From contig CAJFCJ010000019.1 in NCBI GenBank assembly GCA_904063045.1, forward strand, positions 1,875,700 through 1,939,699: a stretch of 64,000 bases of DNA, given 5' to 3'. The position numbers were made by a program, and so were the translations under genes. Source of the DNA: Dimorphilus gyrociliatus (taxonomy: Eukaryota > Animalia > Annelida). Shown here piece after piece: positions 53,701 to 63,632 of the stretch (the first letter of the stretch is position 1; the number at the start of each line of letters is the position of its first letter). Below the pieces are notes generated by a model. That model was given only the letters and a program-made list of their open reading frames with translations. It did no database searches and was not told the origin of the DNA.

Positions 53701-54842
53701 GTTGCTTCGCTAAATTCTGCGAAATCGATGAAGATTGTTACATGTATGGAGGAGCGTGTGTACATAATTGCCATTGCGCCTCGAATTGGATTGGTGAATA
53801 TTGCGAGATTCCATCATGTTCAGGTGTAGGACACTGTTCCGGAAACGGTTTTTGTATAAGACCCGACGATTGCGTATGCAATTTAGGATATGAAGGAGAG
53901 ACTTGTTCAATAAAATCTTTAAATGACTCTGTTACACTCCTTCCGTCTTCCGATAAAAGCTTTTCAAGGATAATTGATGAGCACTTTCCCGAAGGAGAAA
54001 TTATAATGACTGTCGCTATTGAAACGGACAATAAAGCCACCGTTAAAAATAATTTACGTTACTCAATGAACTCTCATTCTCTTCCTTTGGAGATCGATGG
54101 TGAAAAGGGTATTCTGCGTTCAACTGGAAAGTTAACACCTGGTAATTATCAATTAAAAGTCGACGTTTACTACGAAATGGATATTTATAAGTCAACAAGT
54201 TTAAATTTAAATCTAACTATACTCGACGTAAACGAATGTCCAATTATTAAGAGACCAGAGAATGGGGAGAAAATATTTATTGACTCTTTAACAACAATTA
54301 ATACGATAATTTATGAAATTGAAGCTTATGACGGAGATTATGGCATTAATTCGAGATTAATCTATGACCTTGATATTAATGGCAATAATGGAAGTGTAAT
54401 TGGTTTGGAAATTAAGAATTCCTCTGATACTATAATTACAAATAAAAATCCGTTAAACGAAGGTCGTTATGATGTAAACGTTATTGTTCACGATAATTCA
54501 ATCGATTCTTGCTCAAGTCGGGTCAGCTTTGAAGTTATTGTTTTCCCGCCAAATTTAAAGAAAGAATCGTTTGAAAAGGGATTTATTAAAAGGGAAAGAC
54601 CGAAAGATAAAGCAAAACCTTACTATTGGATTAATAAAAAGTTGAGAGAGACTACTCCCTATATAGAAAATGATACAAAGGAAATCCGCACGATAACTAA
54701 TCTTTTAGATCCGAATGGAACGACTTCTCCATGGGATAGCAAAGTTAGATCGTATTCATTATTTACCTTGGTTGCTATATTATCGTGCGCTTACTTTTCA
54801 ATTATCTCCTCTACCGTCCTTATATATTTGAAAATGTTTTAA
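41759..54842 (+). CDS. Giant mosaic type-I membrane protein, copy C (~4253 aa), 6 exons, the last 11,697 bp long
   Basis: ATG at 41759 with signal peptide MHFAFILLIVINLQSILT. Introns 42078-42142, 42271-42347, 42478-42549, 42704-42756 and 43091-43145. The frame is then continuously open from 43146 (ILKARSGD...) to TAA at 54842. The domain order matches A and B; the VWD motif reads GSPS. Confidence 0.9.
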
Positions 54843-55049
54843 AAAGAAATAAATACACTCAATGTAACGGCTTTGGCATATAAAAAGAGAGTAGGAATTT
54901 TTAGAAAGTATTTAACTCAATGTCAAGGTCATTCTTAAATATTCAAAAAAGAAAATTTACGAAGCGTTCCGCTAGCTCTATTCTCTAAAATCAATATTGA
55001 TTTATTCGAATTTCAAGCTATTAAATTTTGTTCTTTCAATTGAAAGCTA

Positions 55050-56835
55050 ATGTACCATTTTCTTCTATTCTTAATATATACTTTTCTTAAAGCATGCTTA
55101 GGGAGTCAAACTAGTGAAGATCAATGTAAAGGATTTAAAAATCCGAGCGATCCGTATTCGAACTGTTCGGAAATTTTTCTACATAAAGAAACGCAATATT
55201 GTATTGCTTACAATAAGATTTGGGATAAAGATTGCAACAATTACACTAAAGAATATCGTCCATTTTCTAATAACAACCTAAGAATGAGACTAATAGAACC
55301 AGATGAAAGAGGATATATTGCAAAATTAATAAGTCAAAAGGCTAAACAGTTTAAAGTTACAAATCTAATTCCAGTTCGATTTTCCGTAATAGATCCGTGT
55401 AAAGAAATTTTGTTTATTATATAGATAATATATAAACAAATGTCGAATTCTTCTAAACAGCGGTAATGAGACTACGGATACAGTTTATAACAATATCTAT
55501 AGGGAAGAGAATATAGAAAATAGTGCGGAACGCACTCTCATTAAAGAATACCGTTTTAGCGAAATTGATAATATATTATTTTTTGGTGATCGCCCCAAAT
55601 CGGATGACGATTATGTATTTCTGTTACCTCCGTCTAGCGAAAGGTTAGAACAAAAATATACTATAAAATATTATTATATTATTCCGTTAGAAGGCCATTT
55701 TAATATTAAAAAGTAAATTTATTAGCGTATGGTCAAGATTAGAGTTTAACCCTTATTGGGGTTATTTCTCAAAGCGGAAAATTGATAGCGTTTCAACTAG
55801 ATTGTGGTATTGGTATTTCTATCCTTTTGGACCTATATATAAAACATGGGAAAGTTGGCAATCTTGGAATATAATTTGCGACAAGGAAAATACTATGACA
55901 AGATATCGATATTGCTTTTATTATGATCTCAAACATCGTCTAAGAGAAATAAGATGCCCCTATTATGCATTTGAAAGGAAATTTCAATATGGACAGTTTT
56001 GTTCAATAAACGGCGGATGGTCTACGTGGGGACAATGGGATACATGTAAGACAAAATTCACAAGACGTAGGCGTCTTTGTGATAATCCTTTTCCGAGAAG
56101 CAACGGCAAATCGTGTTCAGGTATATTCAAATAAGAACTATTTGTCATGCTTTTGAGTTTTTCAATAGGCTCAAGGGTCGAGAGGAAACTTTGCATATAT
56201 GAGGGTGTAGACGGTAAATGGAGTCAGTGGGAACAATTGTCTGATTGTTATTATCCTGATTATCGCTTTTGCAAAGCAAAACTCGGCTTTAGAAAAATTG
56301 TGAGATATTGTTCTGCACCAAAACCCATTGCTCCTGGCAAAAACTGTATTGGCCAAGGAGTAAAGGTACTTTACATTAATGAACGCGTTGTATTGACCTT
56401 AAGCAGTTAATTTTTAGATAGAAGAATGCGCTCCTAGACAGGAAAAATGCCTAAGTGTGACCGATGAGGAGACAGATGGTACAATAGATCCAAGATTTAA
56501 CGATAAAACACCAAAATTAAAAGACGATGAGAGTAAAAATCACCAAGATTTTTCCAATTAGTTTTTTTTCTCTTTTAATTCTTTGTATACTCGTCTTTTT
56601 ATCAGTTAATCAGAAAGAAATTCTAACAGACGAGGATAGGGTGTTTATATTAGTAACCTCCGGGGTATTCATTATTTTGCTATGCCTAGGACTATGTCTA
56701 ATATTCCTTTGTTTACATTGGAAATACCTCTTTAAATGTGAAAGGGAAAAGATTATGAAAAGATTGCGTACAAATACAAGTATGAGGTTTAAAGATTACG
56801 AAGACTATTTAAATGAATTTCTGAACAAAGAATGA
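55050..56835 (+). CDS. Type-I membrane protein with 2-3 thrombospondin type-1 (TSR) repeats
   Basis: Signal peptide MYHFLLFLIYTFLKACLG. TSRs GGWSTWGQWDTC...RRRLCDNPFPRSNGKSCSG and GKWSQWEQLSDC...RYCSAPKPIAPGKNCIG, plus a degenerate WESWQSW repeat. About 6 exons (introns ~55397-55460, 55713-55800, 56121-56168, 56366-56417, 56533-56605). TM VFILVTSGVFIILLCLGLCLIFLCL. The first donor is uncertain. Confidence 0.7.
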
Positions 56836-57052
56836 AAATGAAAACCTGTTTGTATGTTTTCACTTCATTCCGAAAGGTATTATATAATATTTGGAATGTT
56901 TATTTTCTTCTGTACAAGACGATACTCTATATTTACATACATGGCAATGATTTATTGTATAGTAAATACTACATAAGCTCTTTTTCGCTTTAAAATATGA
57001 AAATAGTTAACGAGAAGCTCTTGTCATTTATTAAGCAAATAAAAAAATTACG

Positions 57053-57102
57053 TCACATGATCTTATTATCACGTGATTACACCCAATCACATGACCAAGT
57101 GA
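57053..57102. promoter_or_regulatory. Cluster of E-box/M-box elements upstream of GALK2
   Basis: TCACATGA (57053), TCACGTGA (57069) and TCACATGA (57087), plus CAAGTG, all within 50 bp and about 60-100 bp upstream of the ATG at 57158. Confidence 0.5.
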
Positions 57103-57157
57103 TTAAGTGTTTCTTGTTTTGAACATTCTTTCATTTATTGATTAATAAACGTGGAAA

Positions 57158-58568
57158 ATGGAATTGTCATCTAGCGAAAGCAGTTTTATTAATAGCGATA
57201 GGTATATCGAATATACTAGTTATATTCAAATAATGTCTTTAAATATCATGTTCATTTAGAGTTCAAAAAGTCAAGGAATGCTTCATTAAAAACTTTAATA
57301 AGCAACCAGATTTTGCGGTTAGAGCACCGGGAAGAGTAAATATCATCGGGGAACATATTGACTACTGCGGTTATCCGGTCCTACCAATGGCATTGGAGCA
57401 GGACATATTAATGATGGTAGCGACTAATGAAAAACCCCGAATCCGTATAGCGAATACGGATACCACTTATGTGGAATACGATGAGGAAATCACAGTATGG
57501 AAGAGAATGGAAGCTGTGACAACCTCATCCGCACCACAATGGTTCAAATACTTTGCATGTGGTTATCGTGGTATAATCGAAAGGTGGGCGGCAGGCAGCG
57601 ATAAAGGTATGCTAGTTCTAGTTGAAGGTACCGTCCCACCGAGTTCAGGCCTATCTAGTTCAAGTGCAATGGTTGTGTCTGCCGCCTTAGCTACTCTGAA
57701 ATTACATAATCTAAATCCAAGTAGGAAAGAGATAGCCACAGTTTGTGGGGAATGTGAAAAATACGTTGGGGTTCAAGGGGGTGGAATGGACCAAGCTATT
57801 TCCCTCTTAGCAGAACCCTCGACTTGCAAATTTATCGAATTTAACCCTTTGAGAACAACTGACGTACAATTGACAAGCGACGCTGGCTTTGTTGTAGCCC
57901 ATTGCGGTGTTACAATGAACAAAGCGGCAACTTTCCAGTTTAACATAAGAGTTGTTGAATGCACTTTTGCTAAGTGTATAATTGGAAAACTGGCGGGAAT
58001 AGATAATTGGAAAGATTTAAAGAATTTATCTGAAATACAAACGACGCTTAATTTAACAGAACCCAAAGAAATGCTAAGTTTAGTAGAAAAATATTTGAAT
58101 AAAGGAGAATACACTATTGAAGAAATAGAAAATATAATGGAATGCAGAATGGCGGATGTTCTTCTTAGACCCGCTTTATTGGACGCTGCTAAGCAGACGC
58201 CTACTCTCAAATTGAAGAATAGGGCTTTGCATGTATTCAGCGAAGCGCAGAGGGTGCTGGATTTTAAGGTACTTTGCTCTGCGTCTGGTTCACACTTAAG
58301 TGATTTGGGCAAGCTGATGACGGACAGTCACGCCTCCTGTCGGGATCTTTATGAATGCAGCGTTAAGGAACTCGATGTACTGGTTGATAGATGCTTAGAA
58401 TTGGGTGCCTATGGTGCCAGGTTAACAGGTGCTGGATGGGGAGGTTGTGCCGTGATTCTGATTGACAAAGATAAGCGTGAGACTCTGATGGAAGCTTTAA
58501 TTGAAGAAAAATATAATCCGTGTTTCTCCACTATTCCGTCAGGTGGAGCTTGTGTTCAAGGATTCTGA
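57158..58568 (+). CDS. GALK2: N-acetylgalactosamine kinase / galactokinase 2 (GHMP kinase)
   Basis: Exon 1 57158-57201, intron 57202-57259, then RAPGRVNIIGEHIDYCGYPVLPMALEQD (galactokinase signature), PPSSGLSSSSA (GHMP ATP loop), GGGMDQ, FNIRVVEC and GARLTGAGWGGC. Confidence 0.92.
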
Positions 58569-58711
58569 TTACAATACACTACGTATTCTATAAATAGCTG
58601 TAGGTACTTTCCGTGTAAAGCCTTGACCGGCTGATGGCGCTGTAGTTTTAAAGTAGGTCACATACGGGCGAAAAACAAGCGCCAATAGTCCGATCGTAGT
58701 TTTGACTGAAG

Positions 58712-59641
58712 ATGAACGTAAACTTAATAATCTGCCCGTCAACCGGAGGCGAATATCGATTAAGCGTCGATTTGGGGGAAAATGTCAATGATCTCAGACG
58801 ATCAGTAGCTTCAAAGTTTAGATTAGACGCTGAAAGAATTCGACTGATATATAACGATAGGAATTTAACAACAGGAACGCTTGAAGAAAATGATGTCGGC
58901 GAAAATAGTAAAATAATTCTACTACCGTGCTTAAGGAGTGGACTAGTCGTAAGTATTTACATTATGTTTACGATCTAGACAAAAAAAATTGGTATGAAAG
59001 AGAATGAGACGAGGAAAAAAGCTTTTTTTCGCGCCTCTAATTTGCATAGACGCGTAGCAGGTGCATTTTTTCTATTCCCCTTTAGCCCAAGAGCGTCGAA
59101 TCGACAAGCGTTCAAATAGCGGAAGCTTTAAAAACTTTGTCCGGAAAACAGGTTGTTATAGTTTACGGTTAACGCCTTCTATTCACTATGACGTCACAAA
59201 CAGATTGACGATTTCTTATGCGGTCGAAAACCTTTGAATTTAAGGTTGATTTTAGGAGGTCATTTCGTCTACGTTCAACTGCAATTATCTTCAACTTCAA
59301 AATGCCCTAAGCAACCTTCTCGAATAGAGGACGTTCGCTGTCACGGATCTGGAGTATTTTCCGGAACATTCTCAGGAACAGTTCGGTCTCCAAAATCAAA
59401 GAACGGTGCGTCTCTAGTGGCGGGAATACTCAACGACATCCTCTTCTCTCAACGCAGACGCCGTGACGACCAGATGACAGGCGAGATAAGGCGAGCCGCC
59501 TCTCGTCATTCATCACCAGATAAACAAAGGAGGGTAGAAGACGATCAGACGCGTAGTAAAATGGCCGCATTAAAGGAGGCTCTAGTTGAACGAAGGCGTA
59601 AGAAGAGAAAATTTTCACCTTACGATCGACTCTTAGTATAA
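58712..59641 (+). CDS. MIDN: Midnolin (Ubl, Catch domain, C-terminal helix), ~246 aa
   Basis: Exons 58712-58948, 59086-59151 and 59204-59641. N-terminal Ubl ending LLPCLRSGL; Catch-like IAEALKTLSGKQIDDFLCGRKPLNLRLILGGHFVYVQLQL and GVFSGTFSGT; C-terminal helix TRSKMAALKEALVERRRKKRK. Confidence 0.88.
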
Positions 59642-59799
59642 TACAAAACTTTTGTTCGTTATTAATATAAAGTTTTTAGCGCTGTTAATAGCAAGGTTCG
59701 CGTCAACAAATTTTATCGACACGAACTGTACTCAACGTTCTATCGGTGATACGCGTAAAGTATATGTTACAGGATTTTGTAGATACATATATGTTATAT

Positions 59800-59960
59800 A
59801 CAACAGATATACTGTATATAGTATATGCATTTATATTTATTGTGTATTTTTATACACTTTTCTGTATATGACATATAGAAATAAGATGTGTATTTATATA
59901 TATATATATTTAAGAGTATAAATTTATATATATATATATACAGTATACGATATATATTGA
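59800..59960. repeat. (AT)n-rich low-complexity tract, probably midnolin 3' UTR
   Basis: Runs such as tatatatatatatttaag and atatatatatatacag between the convergent MIDN and ML-domain genes. Confidence 0.6.
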
Positions 59961-60194
59961 TCTCGCGATTGTCAGAACGCTAAAGCGGAATGTTTGTCCT
60001 AGATAACACTGCATCTACCGTTTCTTTTTGCGTGGGCGATAAAAATTATCAAACACTGATTTTTTTTACCGCACCCCTCCTCTCCCAATCCCCCACCCTA
60101 TTCACTTCTTTCACTAAACATCATTGTAGAGGATAAGGGACTTCTTAATAATACTATTGGTGTAGATGACAACCGCCAGATGGCTCTAAAACTC

Positions 60195-61028
60195 TTATAG
60201 TAATTCAAATTCAACTACGCAACAGCCGATCGTCTTGTTACGGTTATCAGTGGTATCGATATAGAACCGATATTCGCCCGTTGGCAACCATGCAGGGACT
60301 GCAAACGCTTTCTTGAAAGATCGTTTACCAGCCTCCATGGGGCATTTGACTAGACGATCACTCTGTTCTGCTAGCTTATCTTCAATGGTGCAAGCATCCC
60401 ATTTTCCTCTAAATAATAAACGCATCTGATTCGTTTTGACTTTTCTATAAAAGCATTCGATATACATGTCTCCGCTATTAATCTCCTCGGCTGAATAAAC
60501 AGAAAGCATGTATATAGTAATAAATATTCAATCTTACTTTCTTTAAAATAAATAACTGAAAGCAAAATACCAAAAGGGTATGGATATGAATATTACTCAT
60601 TTACCTAGAGTGAAATTTATAAAAGTCTTTAGCATTAATTTCCCAAGTTGAACATTCTTAAACATGATTATTCTTCCATACGTCACTCGGTCATCGCCAT
60701 CTGCTAGACAAATAAATAAAAAAACATACGCCTACGCCATATCCCAGCACCGGATCTTACCGCACTTGTTCCAAACATCGCCTATCTGCACATAATTATT
60801 CCTTTTTATGAATCGATCCCATTCCAATTTTGTTCGCACCGGATCGTTATCCTGCCTAAAAGCATCATCGTCGTATTCGTAATCGTCAATAAAACGATTA
60901 TTCGCTTCTAATATAGTTAGATCGGATGAACGCCGGAAAAAGGTAAGATGAATTCCGAAACCCAAGATTGAAACAACGAAAATCACGAAAATTAATATAT
61001 TCGCACACCGCATCTTCACAGGTCTCAT
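60195..61028 (-). CDS. MD-2-related lipid-recognition (ML / NPC2 / GM2-activator-like) domain protein
   Basis: Three exons joined by phase-1 introns (donors gtaaga near 60760 and gtaaaa near 60604). It has an N-terminal hydrophobic segment and an acidic spacer, then VWNKC...KWDAC...KCPMEAGKRSFKKAFAVPAWLPTGEYRFYIDTTD...IGCCVVEF, which is the ML-fold pattern. Confidence 0.75.
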
Positions 61029-61193
61029 AGCTTTTTACAATATAGGCTGAAATAGATTAAAGGTTACATGCTAATCGTGCATATTATGGATAAGAGAAAC
61101 CGGAATTTGAACTAGTATAGGGGAAAAAGTTAATCTGCTGTATTGTAGATTGAACTTAATGCACGACAAACAAATATATAATCCGCATGTTTT

Positions 61194-62330
61194 TCACGTC
61201 TTATGCTTTTTCTCTATTGGTTCGTCATTCGTGTTTTGTAAACAAGAAATATCAGCAATTAATACGTCAGAGCAGACGTTATTTGATTGCTGAGTTTCTT
61301 CGTTGAATTCTCGAGAACCCCCAACAATATACAGTTTATCATTTACACAACAAGCCGAATGTAAGCACCTTCCATGCGATTTATCAATGTCATTTGCTAA
61401 CCGACTCCAAGTTTTACTTGTAATATCAAACATATAAGTGTCTGAAAAGTCCTCGTTTTTCATTCCCCTACCACATAATATAATCATTTTGTCGTTGAAA
61501 ATAGTGGCTGTATGAAAGGACCTCGGTTCGGGTGGGGTGCCGTTTGCCTCAAATTTTAACCATTTCCTAGTCTTTGTGTTAAAAATGCTAATATCATTCC
61601 GACGACTGTCAGAATCCCTACCACCGAAGACAATGAGACAGTCGTTATACGACACCATTGTATGGGCTGCTCGAGGCGTAGGAACTCCTAGATTTAATTG
61701 CATTGGACATGAAAATGAGTTTGATTCGATGTTATATAGAAATAAATCATTGAACCAGCCAAATTGTACACTTTCCCCAGGGACTACAGATTCTTCCTCC
61801 TCCTCAGTTTCATATTCGTCATCATCGGCCATTCCTTGTGGACCGAAACCACCAAATATGCAAATCATTGAACACACTACGGCACAAGTGCATTTATCTC
61901 TCGGTAGGGGTCTCTCTCCTGACGGCTCCAACACTTTCCAATGTTTTCCCTCGATGTTAAATTCGTAAAAGTCATTCATCCAACCGGAACCCTGATTTAA
62001 ACCTCCGAATAAGTACAGTTTATTCTTAACTGATGCCATGCAAGCACCCATTCGACCCGGTGGGATATCTCCAGTAACCGAAAGTGTTGCCCATTTTCCA
62101 TTGTCTTAGATAGAAAACAATTAATATATTTTAGATTATAATCAAGAAATCAAATACTCACAGCAATCATATTCTAATAATTTATTACACTCTAGGTTTT
62201 CACTCTTAGGTGATAATCCTCCAAATATATATAACTTGTTTTCGCTACTCAATGCACAACAATGCCCCTCTCTTGGTCCTTCTGGAATGTCTGATTCTTT
62301 TTTAAAATGTATAATCGTCTCAGTCGACAT
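61194..62330 (-). CDS. Kelch-repeat beta-propeller protein (KLHDC/RABEPK-like)
   Basis: Two exons (intron gtgagt..tctaag, ~62105-62161). Six repeats of PxxRxGHx...YxFGG...W, e.g. PREGHCC..LYIFGG, PRAAHTM..LIVFGG, PRSFHTA. Confidence 0.85.
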
Positions 62331-62410
62331 AATTGTTATATAACTTTTAAAATTATAATAATATAGTTGAAAGAATTAAATATCTCATAGATGAGCGATA
62401 AAGCAGAGTG

Positions 62411-62931
62411 CCCGCCAAATACCATGTGACCGACTTCGCAATGCATGACGGTAGTTATTTACGATAGAATTCTCGATGCGCAATTTAAGAATATTTGCAT
62501 TATCTGTCAATAACACGTAAATAATTAAAGGAATATTCCATATTTATTTTTACCAAAACCGAATAACAAAAGTTATTTACAATTAAAGATAGCAATAATA
62601 CAAACGCAATAGTTTTTTCCCCAATTCGTAATTTTTACTTTACCCGCCAATGATCACGTGACGGGGAATGAAAAAGGCATCATGGTAGTTGAAGATAAAA
62701 CGTTACGTAGACTTTATTTTAGTATTAAGTCTGTGTAGAACATCTAAAACAGCACCCCTAACAATTTTATATATTTATCTGATACCCAATTTATATATAT
62801 ATCTTATTTCCTCTTAGCGATATTCAGCACAAGCTTAACAAATAAAGCAAAAGTTATTAAGTGCAATTCGTATGAGTGAGAACGCCCGCCTAATATCACG
62901 TGACCTAACTGAACAAAGCATCTTGGTAGTT
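62411..62931. promoter_or_regulatory. Three copies of a composite promoter-like module CCCGCC-N6-CAYGTGAC-N12..14-GCAT-N3-GGTAGTT
   Basis: Copies start at 62411, 62643 and 62885 in the divergent intergenic region between the kelch and F-box genes, with near-fixed internal spacing. Confidence 0.6.
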
Positions 62932-63632
62932 GTTTACGACAAATTTTTTTTATTCGCACTCACCAGAAAATTTTCATTGGTAATATAATACAAACGAATA
63001 AAAATTAGAAAGATTTATAAACATCGCGTAAGAAAAATCGAGTAGTGACCTATTTTTTATATTCCGGAAAGAGACGAGCAAAGCCGACCTGTGCCAGCTG
63101 ATTATATGGAGAGACAATGCTCATAGAATGCGAAAGAAAACCGTTTAAAAATATGATCTGGTAAGTTAATTTACTTCTAACCTAACAAAAAGTGATCAAT
63201 ATATGATTGGGCTTGCGATTAGCATGTAAAATCCGTCGTTTAAGCGATTTAAGCAAAATATGTAGCGGAGCGGCTGACATGTAGAGGTGATTGACCTTTG
63301 AGCAACAAAGAATCCATCGAATACGGTAATATAAAGAAGGCATATGGCGTCCGACCACTAATTTAAGCCATATTTTCGTAGCCTAGTATCTTAACTTGAA
63401 CTCTAGCACCAAGCATACTTTATAGCCGACCTGGTTGTAGATACTTGCTAAAACAAAAACAGGACGCAAGACGAAATTCTTGCACATTTTTGCCTGTGTG
63501 GAAGCAGTATACTTCAGGTAAAAACAAAAACTGAAGGCACAGAGCATGTGTATGCTGATGTAATATTATATGAGTCAGATAAAGGCTTACACGAAAGAGC
63601 TCAATAGCATGTTATTTTTGCAGGCGACGGCT

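Noticed and set aside
59652-59921. 89-aa ORF after midnolin
   Set aside because: It is a translation of an (AT)n-rich low-complexity 3' region (YIYIY-type composition).
63180-63520. Relatively GC-rich stretch as a possible tRNA/snRNA/snoRNA
   Set aside because: I recognised no cloverleaf, box C/D, H/ACA or Sm-site architecture. It is more likely 5' UTR or intron of the F-box gene; an Infernal/Rfam scan would settle it.
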